The notes beneath the pieces were generated by a model. It saw only the letters and a list, made by a program, of their open reading frames with translations. It ran no database searches and had not been told where the DNA came from. Both the position numbers and the translations under genes were made by a program. Shown piece by piece: positions 20,711 through 33,225 of a stretch of 38,198 nt of DNA. This DNA comes from Dimargaris cristalligena (taxonomy: Eukaryota): the NCBI GenBank assembly GCA_003614675.1, contig ML002362.1, forward strand, positions 1 through 38,198, given 5' to 3'. Each line of letters starts with the position of its first letter. Positions within the stretch are counted from its first letter, which is position 1.

Positions 20711-22662
20711 GAGAAGAGTTAAGAAAGAGAAAAGGAGAGTGAGAAATAAAAGAAAGGAAGTAATAATGGATTGGAGAAGGAAGGCAGGCAGGGAAGGAAA
20801 AGGCAGAACAGTAGACACCCACCTGGAAGCCGGGGCGCGAGGATCCAGCAAATAGGTTAGGGGAGGATGGAAAGGAAGGTGGCGGAAAAGCAGGTGGTAG
20901 CGGAGGCGGCCTCAGTCCGGGCAGCGGGCTTGGGCATTCCTTTATTAAGACTGGGCATGGGCTAAGGGGTTAGGGTGAAGGCAACTTAACCCGGCCCAAA
21001 GCGGGCGGAGAGAAACAGGAGGTGAGGAGGGTACATTACCTTGGAGCTACGGCGGAGGAGTGGTGGTGGTATGTTAAGAAGGAAAGGGGGTGGTAGTGGT
21101 AAGGCAGATATTGATTACTAGTATTAAATGAAGAAATGTCGATTGGGAATAGCTATTATTAATATTGCTGAAGGAATAGAAGGAGAAGTGTAAGTGAACG
21201 GTGGCAACTCGGCGAAAACCCCCCCCAGATTGGCATTGGTTCGGGTGCAGAACGGGGTGGGGATTCAATTATTACTATTAGTTTGGAAAAAGCCGCTCGG
21301 TTGATGTGGCCTTAAGGAGTGGGAATGGGTGTGAATTGGGGCCAAACCTTAAATGGGACAGAGAGTGGCTGATAAGTGTGGGTTCACAATGGGAAGGAGG
21401 GAGTTAATAGTGTGAAAGAAAAGGGAGAGAAGTGGCGGACCTGATAAGCAGCAGAAGAGGCGGGTGACGTAGGAGAGGACCTGGCCTAGAATGGAGGGTC
21501 TAAATTTTTGGAGGCGAGCGTGGGCGTCCAAGTTGGAGTCGGAGGGGGGACAGTCAGTAGACCCAACAGCCGGGTCAGGCGGGGGGTGGTAGGATAGTAG
21601 TATATTATATATATACCTAAGGCGGATGAAGTAAATTAGACCCGATAGTGATAAAATCACCTTGGCTAAAAACTACCTCTTCTCTTATATGCAGAAACAC
21701 ACGTCGGCGATTTTTGAAGCAGGGTAATAAAACAGGAAATAGAACAGAAGAACACCAAACGATTACAGACTACGAAGACACTCGGACCATATTGAGAAGT
21801 AATGCCGGTGCAAGGGCGAAATTACATAGTAATGAATAATAAATTTATAATTATAATAGAAATAGAAATAGAAATTAATAAAGCCAGGAAAAAGAAAGGC
21901 AGCCGGACAGCTGAAACGCCGAGAACCTCTTTAAAGGCGAGGTGAGTGGCTGATGTGATGCACGCGCATATAGCATATAGTATATAACACCTAGCATATA
22001 GCATATAGTCGCTCGGAAGTATACCCAAGCCGAGCCAGGTACCACCACCCCCACCAAGCCCAAGGCCAATGGCAGTCAAACGGAAGTTGGCCATACAATA
22101 AAGCGTATATGCACGGAAGCCCAGGCTCAGCTTCAACTTCAGGTGGAGCGGTGGCCCTAAATAGAGCGATGGACCTTGGGCATATACTGGATCCATTGAA
22201 CTCACACAACCACCTATCCACACACCCGTACACACACACCCACACACACCCGTCTACGACATACACACCACCCCAGGACGGGAGCGGTAGTGGTAGTGGT
22301 GTAGTTAGATAGGGTATTGTTGGAGTGGGTAGTCCAATCGCAACGGCCTCCCCCCCTATTTGGCAATTCCCGCCGAGGGCAGAGTGGCGGTGGTACCAGT
22401 TAACAACCCCATCATCATCATTATCAGCAGCCCCCCCCCTCCTTCTCGCAATAGTGACTGTCTTGTATTAATAGGTGCTAAACCAATCAACGGCACCGCC
22501 GTTGATTAATCACCGCTGCTCGTCGAGTTGGATGGCGTTTTGTTCGCGTACAAAAGAGGGTCCGTAAAGATGTTTTATTCCGAAAGATGGGGGGAGTTCT
22601 ACCTATGTGTGTGGGGTGAAGGATCCAACAACAAGAAAACTGGTAATGGGAAGGGGGGAACA

Positions 22663-22692
22663 GTAGTAGTAGTAGTGGTAGTAGTAGTAGTA
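22663..22692. repeat. (GTA)n microsatellite, imperfect
   Basis: Read directly. Confidence 0.9.
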
Positions 22693-25600
22693 GCACACTG
22701 GTAAAGAAATGAAACGTAGAATGCCCTGTGCAACGCACCGCGGCGGTACCAGCCCCAGTGGCCGGATGAGGCCCGCGGCGTTGATCACGCGGTGGGTGTG
22801 AATCCGGTGGTGGCACTGGCCATGCACCCTGCGGGTGGGAGGGGCAGGCAGAGAATCCTATGCGTAAGGTGGGAACAACAACAACACATACACACACACA
22901 CACACGCGTATATATACACCTTTCCACAGGCCCAAAGGCTGGCGCGGTGGAAGGAAAATATACTTATCAAAGAAATACAACTATAGTGTATTCCCGACTG
23001 GTTGTGCGGTAGAATAGAGTGGGGTGGGATACTTGTTTGGCCTTTAATGATACAACCCATCACCATCGCCATTTAAAATCAAAATTATCATCAGCTCTTC
23101 CGCGTGTCATTGCGGAGGTGGCGAACAAGTGATAAATGAGTGTGAGAGAATGGCCGGATAATGCTAGAAAAAACACCCCCCCCCCATATAGTGAATGACG
23201 CTAGACCGCGTTTGGGATGCGGGTACATCATTTTATTACATCGCAGTGGGGCTGTGGAGGGAGAAACATAGTGAGTGAGAGCTATAGGCGAAAATATTCT
23301 ATTTTTGAGGCTGTGGCTGATGGAGAGACTATACTACCACACCCGCGACGCACGCGAGGATTGCTGCCTCTTCATTTTGAATGATCCATACCCTTTTATT
23401 CATTCATTACCACCACTTATACCATATAATGCCACAGCTGCTTAACTCCCCGGTGGTGGAAGCTTACAAGTTTTTGTGGGCTAGTCATAGAATAAAAATC
23501 GGGTTGAAGCCCTAATGTGTATGTGTGTGTGTTGTATACCAAGACTAAGTAAGTAGATTAGGCTGGCCAATAGCGGGAAATCAAATCAGGAAGGGTCTCT
23601 TCTCTCTCCTCCTCTCTCGGCCATTTACTAGCAAATTATCACGTTCCCCCTAATCCCTCTTCTCAGCCATAACCATTGGTGGAAAACGATTGGACTGGTT
23701 GGACGCCCGAAACATTGGGACATACACATGTCATTACAAGAAATCGCCATCATTCAATAAAATAATACCCCTACCGTTGGGGTAAACCCACCTTGGCCAT
23801 TCTCCTGAGTATCAAGTGCCATCCCCCCAATAAACCATACTTTAAAAATTATATATATATACTAATAATGAAAACATACTCTTCAATTCACTCGGCAGCC
23901 ATGTTTCAGAACATCGTTCAGGGCGATCGAGTAGGCAGTGTAGGCCACGACGGTTGGCACTTGTGATCGTAACTAGTTTTCCTCCCGAGTCTCCTTGTTA
24001 TTCCCCCGACTAGCGGATGAACAGCACTAAAATGAAAAGAGAATAGAAAACTACCCAGCGCCCAGAAACAGTGCAGATTGCCACAAGTGCCGACAATATA
24101 GAGAGCGAACTTTCATATTACAATGTGATTAAAAAAGACCTGAACATCAAATACCCAGACGTTCATCCATTCCCGTGCACCATTAGTTCATAAACGAGGG
24201 TATGGAATAGATTAGTGGGTAAGCAGCATGTGGGATGGATTACCCAATTTCCCGTCGCCTCGATCTTCGCTCCATACTAGGCCGTTAATCGGTTGGTTAA
24301 TAAAATACCTTCGTCCCGGCTAGATCCGAACAAATGGCCAAGCAGACGAGAGCAGTCCGCTGCTGACCCCCGGCTCTAATTATTAGTATATACGGCCGGC
24401 CCTTTATTTATTTTAATTATTAGGTCACAAGCCAACTGACTATCGGGACCTCCTATCTACTAAAAGCCACCGCCAGTTTTATTTTATTTAAAATATTGAA
24501 AGAACCCATTGGATTGGATAAGGGGTTTTCAAAAAACGAGTCACTAACTCTTTGCTAATTTGTTACCCTCTCATCCTGCTCCCCTCGCCAAGGAATTTAA
24601 AGGAGAGGGGCGCTTGTTGGTTGGACAAGCGCTCGAACTTCCCACACTGGACACACACGCACACACTCTCTCTCCTATTTCTCCTTCTATCCCTTTCGGT
24701 CGTTTTGGGCCAACAACAGGGTCACGCGCTGTCAAGTTTAGTTCCCTCGCTCTTGGCATCCCACCAGCCACACTGCCCCCCAAACACATATCCATACACA
24801 CCTTCCGATCCGTAGGGCTTGCGTATCGTTCCCTCCCTCCCTCCCCTACTACACTCCGCCATTAAACCCATTTGGGGTGGCATTATAGCTCACATCTTGC
24901 ATTAGCATCCCTTCGCTTTGGGTTAAGGTTGACCTGAAGCTCCAGTTGACTAAATCCTGTTTTAACCCCAACCCAGCCCACTCATTTCTGGCGCGCTGCA
25001 CTGATTTAAAATGATACAGTGTCACTCTCCTCTATATACACACATACGCACACGCACCCCACTCGTCCGGGCTTAGTTGCCTTAAATAGCCAACATGTGG
25101 TCACTGCTTCTATAATAGCCCACACTCTCCGGCGATCGTGAATACTTCTTTATTCCACCTCTGGCATTGTCTTCAACCCCCCCCCCCAGATACTGTTGAC
25201 ATATTCGCGTGTTTCATTATGAACATATATATGTTCATATTAAATCTACTCTGTCCTGCTAACTAACTAACCAACCAACTGGCCGGTTAGGTGGTCTTCA
25301 CTGGAACAAACGGGCTGCGGTAACACATACCAATGGCGGGGTGTCTGGCCCTGGCCTAGAAATGAAACAGTAGATCAAGAAGCACATTGTTGTTAAGTAG
25401 TGCCGTTCCATAGTAAAATGGCTATAACCATTCTGGGCCTCTGTTGTTCACACAACCAATCGGTTACTTGGCTATTTTTATCCTAAAAGGATGGGAGTAT
25501 ATACAACACCCGGGGCAATGTTCTTAATACGTTTCACCTGCGAATCGCCCGCCTTCCCCCACCCTTCGCTGACCATCGAACTGACACATGGAAATGAAGA

Positions 25601-25894
25601 AACATATTAAACAATATCCATTTAGGTTCGGAATGAGATGCCCGCCGTTATACCCATGGCCAAATTATCTACTTGGGCGGTCCTGAGAAAGTTCCTTTTA
25701 AACCGCCCTATCCGGTTAGGCATTCACATGAGTCATAGTTCTGAATTACGTACAATCCCACCAAGCAAAAATGGCGACACGTTTGCCAAAGAGGCGGTTT
25801 GAAAGGGCTGCCTCCCAAGCACATTCCAATAAAAACCCACCCGACACTATCTGCTAGTGGGGCAGGATATATACCTCTGGGGATGGGCGTGTAA

Positions 25895-25912
25895 AGAGAG
25901 AGAGAGAGAGAG
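25895..25912. repeat. (AG)9 microsatellite
   Basis: Read directly. Confidence 0.9.
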
Positions 25913-27576
25913 ATTGATGAATAAGAGGCAGCAATCTGATCATTGACTGACTAGGCTAATTACATGCCAAGTAACTGTATGGTGTCGACTGGTGCGGCCC
26001 AGCCATATGCAATTAGCCTGTGTTCCGCTGGAGACCGAGAAAGGGGGAGGGGGCTGTCACCAAATGGTGAATAGATAGATATGGCAGAAGTTCATCTGGG
26101 CTGTATAACGAATAATCCATTTGATGAGGTAAATATTACTGGTCAAAAGTTATTCTCCCACATATTATCCCACACATATATTGTGTAAAATCTTATACAG
26201 TTGGGTTGAAGTTCACCCATATTTACTAAACCTCAGACAAAGTGATATAGGCTGCCACTAGTGTGATTAAGAGACATACGCTGACGTGGCTTACCAACAG
26301 ACAATAGAAGCGGATAATCCAAGCAGCGTGTGACTTGAACGCCAAGTTAAGTTGGGTCGAGTCGGAGATTGTGATGGATCTGGTGACTGAATATAACGGA
26401 GTGTTCCATGGTCGGCTTTTCTCATAATAGCGGCGTATCCGGCGGATTTAATATAGAGTAACTCCAGCAGGAGGGAGGGACGACATGGGAAGAGTGGCGG
26501 ATGAACTCATATCAGCGGTTAACTGTGGGGTAGACCAAGACTGGACTTTAATACAATATAATCCATCGAGTCCCATGCGGCGTAGTATGCTGAATGAGAG
26601 GTGACAGGACGGCCTCGTCATTAAGTGAGGTTTTTACTGAGATGAGGTCGAATTTCGGGTGGGGGAGACTAATCCGGTAAAGCCCGAGTTTTAGCGGACC
26701 ACACGCTAGTCGAAGTGCGCAAGAAAGGGATGCATCGGCTATTTTAGATTATAATGCATGGAATTCACAGTGGTTAGAGATAGTTTACCTAAATGAACCC
26801 CATCTCTATTAAATAATAAACGCAGGCATTCTGCGCTATGGTCAAAAGACAATCACATTAACAGCTTACCCACAAGTATAATGATGTCATGTGTACTCCG
26901 CCATTTTTCTATAATTCTCCACCAGGCCTTTACGTTCAAGTATTCCCCGCTCCCCGCCTTAAAGGTATTTCTTAAAGTATGGTTGTAGTTATTTTCCAAC
27001 AGGCCATCCCTTAACTGTTCTTAAGCCAACTCACCGTTGACATAGCCCTGCCTTATTTTCAATAAAGGATCCAATATAATATATATATATATTGCAATAT
27101 TCCCTGAATAGGGTTCATACTCACCCAGTTAGAGAATTCAATATTTAAAATTAAAATCTAGGCCTTCATCACTGACACCCCTTCTATTTATTTTTTTCTA
27201 TATCAGATAAGCAACTCCGAAATTATGAAAAGGGAGACCGCCGAATGAAAATCCTTTTCGGCAGTTGGCTTACAAGGATGGTGAGAAATTTAACCATTAT
27301 GGCGGTTCATTATACCGCCTGCCAAAAAGACCCATCTGTCCTTTGAATCCCGAAACCCTACATTCCCAGCGTTTCTTTTATCCATTCAGTCAGGTGTATC
27401 ACCTTCATACTACTACTACCCTCTCGGTCATATTCGCATAAGGAATTAGGAACCCTTTTCAGCCCAGTTAGTTTCACATCCCTTGTACTTTTGCGACTCT
27501 AATTGGTCACATCTTATTATATATATATATATATTTAGCTAGCCCATCTAGTCGCCCATTTCCGCCTCTATCCGAC

Positions 27577-29251
27577 ATGAACCCTCCCGGTGTCTTAGCG
27601 GACAGCCGCATTCCCACCGTTAATGCCGCCGAATTTAAGTTTCAGGCTCCGACGAAATCCATTCGCGTTCCCGAGGACATTCCCGTATGGCTGCGATCCC
27701 GGGCATTCGACCTTATCATGACCTATCTGACGGAACTGAACGATAGTGTCAAGGGAACCCCCAACTCCACTCCCTGCCCCTCTTCCAAGGTAAGTCCCCC
27801 CTGAATCCGTTCAGCAGGGCAAACTCTACTCTACTCTTTTACTTTATTTCCAGTTCCGTGAAATGCAGGGTTAATCCTGGTCTTTCATGTAAGAGCGGTT
27901 CTTGATACGGAGTATTGTATACCCGGGGTTGAATATGCCGAGAAACGGTTTCGATGAATGGGCCACTGACAACTCGCTATTATATATATATATATATATA
28001 TTCACCCCACTATATATTTTACACTGGAACCTATCTCCTCTACCTTGGCATCAACCCCGCCTCCTACCCCCCTCCCGATAGTCAATTGACCGGGTCCTTG
28101 AACTGCTCGACACAATCGACGACTACATCACCCTTATCCCACCTGACCAGTCGGCTCAATCCCGCTACGGTAACCCCGCCTTTCGCCAGTTTATCAAACA
28201 TCTTCAGCAAAACGCCGCCGCAATCCACCGCCCCCTACTAAACGAGTCCCCCGCTATCACCACCCCCGCCTCAAAAACAACAACAACAACCACAGAAACA
28301 ACTGCTACTACTACTACTACTACCACTGCCGACGAGCATCCCGCCCTGGTCGAACTCGTACCCTATCTTACGGGTAGTTTCGGCAATGAAACCCGGATTG
28401 ACTACGGGAGCGGCCACGAATTATCTTTTTTTGTTTGGTTACTCTGTCTCCAACGCCTGGGGTACTTTCCCCCGTCCGACCGGGTAGCTCTGGTGGTCCG
28501 TGTATTCAGTCGGTACTTGGACATTGCCCGGCGGCTTCAACTCACGTACCGTTTGGAACCCGCCGGTAGTCACGGCGTGTGGGGATTAGACGACTACCAA
28601 TTTATTCCGTATATTTTCGGGAGTGCCCAGTTTATCGGTAAGTAAATGGTGGTGGTGGTTCGGCTGGGTTGGGTTGGATCCCGCGTTGGCTCATTGTGGG
28701 TCTATAGCTTGATTTTTTTTATGGGTTATCACCCCCCTACTATCAGTGTATCATATTATTTTCGTATTAACCAAGCCCTAGGTATTATTTTTGGGATAAT
28801 TTTATCCTCTTCCGACCTCCCTCCCTTTTCTTCTTCTCACGACAACGACAATAATCTATTTCCTATCCATTTTTAATTTCTGTTTACAGGTTCAACTAGA
28901 TACACTCCCGCCATTATCTCCGAAAACGAACAGGCCGCTTCCCTCGCCCCGGATTATATGCTCATGCGCTGTATCCAGTTTATCAAGGATATCAAACAGG
29001 GTCCGTTTTTTGAACATTCCCCGGTCCTCCATGATATTTCGGGAGTTCCCTACTGGACTAAAGTGAACAAGGGGCTCCAGAAGATGTACGTTGGTGATGT
29101 ACTATCCAAATTTCCCGTGGTCCAGCATTTGCCTTTCGGTAATTTGATCAAGTTCGAACCGTACCTACCCGGTTTGGCAGTGGAATCCAGTGAGCCCAAG
29201 GTTTTATCAACGACCGGTAGTTTGTCGGTGAATTGTCCCAGGCCATGCTAA
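27577..29251 (+). CDS. PTPA: PP2A phosphatase activator PTPA (Rrd1/Ypa family), 3 exons, 376 aa
   Basis: Exons 27577-27789, 28082-28637 and 28890-29251 (GT-AG, 1131 nt). Motifs SRYGNPAFR, GSFGNETRIDYGSGHEL, LEPAGSHGVWGLDDY, GPFFEHSP and VLSKFPVVQH. RRD1 versus RRD2 not resolved. Confidence 0.96.
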
Positions 29252-29865
29252 ATACATTCACATATATCTAACCATTAAAGACCACACAGGCAAATCAATG
29301 TTTGCCATAGTTTATATAGACCAATATTTCTGGACATCTCAGATATTCACTTTATTATTTGAACTGCTGTATAGTTAGGGCCATCACATAAACGAGTTAC
29401 CAACATAATGTTGGTAAGAAAGTAAACCTTTAGAATGGAGCACGGCTAGGTACAGTAGATACCATATTTAATTGGATTCATAACAGTATTGCCGAAAGGT
29501 CATGTCGGGGGATCTTGTAGAGCAGACTATCATTGCAATTGGAGCAAACAAAAAACAGGACAATCGGTGTCAAACGTATATAGATACATATCAGCCTATT
29601 TATATGCGTAAAACTCAATGTATGTGTATATGTATAAATGAACAGCCGTAATCGGGAAAAATAGCGAGTTGGCCTAGTAGGTAACGAGGGATCACGGAGA
29701 TTGGAGCAAATTGAGTAAAGAACACCGCCTAATAGCAAACATTAACCTTGGTTGCTGAGGAGCAGCACCTAGTCGACATGAAATTGTAAGGGTGGAGAAG
29801 GTGATGGGGAGAGGATAGAGCGAGCGAGAGAAGGATATCATTGGTTCAGCAAGATTGACCTGTAC

Positions 29866-32222
29866 TTAAGGGTAGCCATACCCGCCGTAACCCGGGGGAT
29901 GGTAATAGTAAGTGCCATCGGGTCCCTGGTAGGGAATATTTCCGGTATAAAGCGGGGGCGGGGGGATTTTAGGGCCGTAGTAAGGGGATGCGCCTCGGGG
30001 CGGCGGAGGGACACTCGGCGGAAGGGGGTACGCGTGCGGATGGTGGCCGTGGTTCATGTAGCCATGATTATTACCGCCTTTGGCAGCCGACGGGTCTACG
30101 GATGCTGACTGAGCACCCATAGAGGCGTTTGCTTCCGATTGGGGGTTGGGTGTCGCAGCTTGGGGGCCCTGAAAATTATACCCACCACCACTGCCCGTTT
30201 GCGGAGCCGACGAGCTGGCTGCGGCATTCCGGGTCGGCTTGGCCGCTCCTACATTAGAGGTATTATCGGCACCCGTGGTTTTGTTAGCATTGTTGGTAGT
30301 CGCGGCGGCGGCGGTGGGTTTGCCATTCCCAACATTGGCGGGTCGCTGGGGCACCGGCGGGGGTACTTTGGACTGGATGACAAAGTTCGGGTTGTTTTCG
30401 GGGCCCATCTGGGATTGGCTGTCACCATTGTCGGGGCTGGTTGCCATGTAGTTATCGCTGGCATTAGTAGTAAAGGCCGAGGAGCTATTGCGTACCGTCC
30501 GTTGCTTCCCAGCGACGGTGCGGTAATTACCACCCGTGTGACCAGGGTCCTGGGAAGCCCCATCCCGTGGGTCGTATTTAAGGCCAGCCGTCGAAGTCTG
30601 ACCGTAGGTGGACGTGTTCGGGTACACCAAAGAGGCCGCGGAACCATGCTGCTGTTGTTGCTGTTGCTGTTGGGGTTGATTCTGATAACGGTTCTTCGGC
30701 GGTTCCGGGGTAGGTGGGTTTTGCGAATAGGCCTCGTTGGCTGCTTGGGCCCCAGCTTGGGACTGACGGTCGGATTCGCTGTTGTTTGCGGTTTGGGTTT
30801 TATAGGCTGCGAAGTTGGGGTCTGCCGAAGGGTAGTCGGAGGTAGACTGGCGTTGGGCGGGCGGTTGCTCTCCGTCTTCCGACTGGGTTGGCGCATAGGA
30901 TTGGTTGGATGAGCGTTGCTGTTGCTGTTGCTGCGCGCCCCCCGCTCGACCACCGTAGCCCTCACTGGAATGGGTGCCATTTTGGACAGGCGGTGTCTGG
31001 GCTGGGTTGTAAACGGGTGAAGCCACGTCGGGGGAATTGTAGGAGTGGTAGGTGGTTGGGGCACCCACTTCGGGAGGAGCAAGCTGGCTGGGGGATGCTG
31101 TTGCGCGTCGCGGGGGTCGGTTGGCCTGATTGGCTGGGGTATAGTCCTCGGTGGCTTGGTAGGGTTCGGACGGAACAGTGTGGTTCTGGTTCCCGGGACG
31201 TTGAGTAGGCTGTTGCGACTGATATGCCGCGCCGTTGCTATAACGACGCGGTTGCTTTTGCTGCTGCTGCTGTTGTTGTCGCTGCAGCAACTGGGAATCA
31301 ACAGCAGTACGGTCGGGGTCGATACTAGTCGGAGGATTAGCATACATGGACGATCCGTCTTTGAACATAGCACTGGTGCCAGTTACACGGCGACTGTTGG
31401 CGGGGGTATCGAACAAATCCCCAACGTCGGAGACTTGGTGGGGACGGTTATTGAGTGGGCCGCCTGCCGCGGGGGCCGGAGGGGCGACGGTGCCAAGCTG
31501 GCCCGTCTTGGTATCTCCCCCACCGGGTCTGGGGAATTCATCCAGCAGCATATCCAGACGACGCTGGGTCAGACTCAGGTAACTGCGCATCAACTCCAGG
31601 GCGTGGTCACTAATCTGCAGATGCTTGGCGTGGGATACGGCTTGCTCAAATTCGTCCCCTTCGAAGCCGGGCAGGGGACACCGCAACGTGTCGTAAATCT
31701 GCAGCTTCAGGTAATGCGTGTTGGCCAAGGCCCGGCGGAGGTCAGTGTCACTTTCCATGCATACGGGGTCACCTTCATAGTCCAGGTAATGTATGATTAG
31801 GTTGGTCGAGTCCGGGCTAAGCCGGTTCCGGAAACGCTGGTGGATGACCTGGCGAAGTTTAGTGTAGTCCGTGTCAGCATTAAGGGACATGCGCCGAGTT
31901 TCGGTGCGGATATTACCTAGAGGGGGAGGGTATTCAGGGGGTAAGATAAGGAGGAGTTCGGGTTAAGGAATAGCCGGAATGAGAACGTGGTCGGGATGAG
32001 GCAGGGGTGTCGGAGTTCGAACCACAAAAAAAGGTAGGTATTAATAAGCGTCAGTGGGCAGAGTGGTTGCCCACCGGTATGGTGGAATTCGCGGATTGGT
32101 GGAAAGGAACGCGCCCATAGGCTTAGACTCCCCGGGCCGTACTTACATTTGACTTCAATGTAGCGTACGGGAGCCGCTGTGTAAGGGCTGGCCCGTGGGA
32201 CCGCTGAATGAGCTGGATTCAT
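29866..32222 (-). CDS. TFG-like protein: N-terminal PB1 domain, short coiled coil, long Q/P/Y-rich disordered tail; 2 exons, 708 aa
   Basis: Exons 32222-32147 and 31916-29866, intron GTAAGT..CTAG. The spliced N-terminus IEVKCNIRTETRRMSL..IHYLDYEGDPVCMESDTDLRRAL has both the PB1 Lys and the OPCA acidic motif. Confidence 0.88.
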
Positions 32223-33225
32223 GGGAGGGCGGTAGGGGATGGATTCGAAACAGAAACCAATAAAACGCGGTTAAGAAATACGAAGTAATAGAGGAGGATA
32301 AGGAGACGATATGAGTGGTCTCTGTGACCTCGAGTAGGGATAGTAGTAATAGGAATAGTAGCAAGCCTGGAAAGCGGCTGAACACGAGGACTTCCAATTG
32401 ACGCGGAAAGAGTTGGGGAAACACAATAGCAATAGCGAAGGACGGTAACGACGAGGTCTGCCGATACGGAGAAGAAGGGGGGAGAGTTAAGGAATAGTAA
32501 ACGGGAGTGAAGAAAGAAACAAAGTCACCGGGCCAGTCAGGGTGAAGCATAAGTAAGGGCCCCGTTGAACAGCCCAGGCAAGGGAAATAAGAGGGAAACC
32601 ACTCCGCTGCTTTAATGCCCGCTTGGAATCCCGACCACTACAAAAGAGTGAGTGTATCAATGGGAGTGTATATACGCACACTACGCTATTCACACTGTGG
32701 GGTCTGCTTTATACCTGCCTAAAAAACACTCTTCCGCGCTTGTGACCAACTCCGCGCACTCTTCTCAAAACAGCTCAATTGGTCCCCAACAGCATCTCCC
32801 ACTCCTGCCAAAAAATAATATATATATATATCCATCAACTTAACGCGTATTGTGACCAAGCGGACGTCCAACAGCAGTATATAGATATTCCGATTGAGTT
32901 GTCGATTAATAAATAACAACCATAACAATATTACAGTGAGGGAGGCCAAATCGGTGTTTAACATGCCACGCGTCATCCCGACCGCCATACATCTGGGGGA
33001 GGCTAGGTCGGCTTAACGTCACCCGACAACTCAGTGCAGTAGTCACCATCCTTCCGGCCATAACCCGCTACCCCACAGCCAACCCCCCACCCGTCTTCTC
33101 CCTTAAAAATGAAGCTACATCTATGCAAATAATACAAACAATAGATAAATGTGCGTGGTTCTATTTATTTTAGCTTACATTAAAAGGATTTTTTTTAAAA
33201 AAAGGTAGGTAGATAAATGGGCTAT

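Noticed and set aside
20965-20976. CCCTAACCC as a telomerase RNA template or telomeric repeat
   Set aside because: A single 9-mer that is better explained as a CTAAC branch-like sequence or chance, with no supporting structure.
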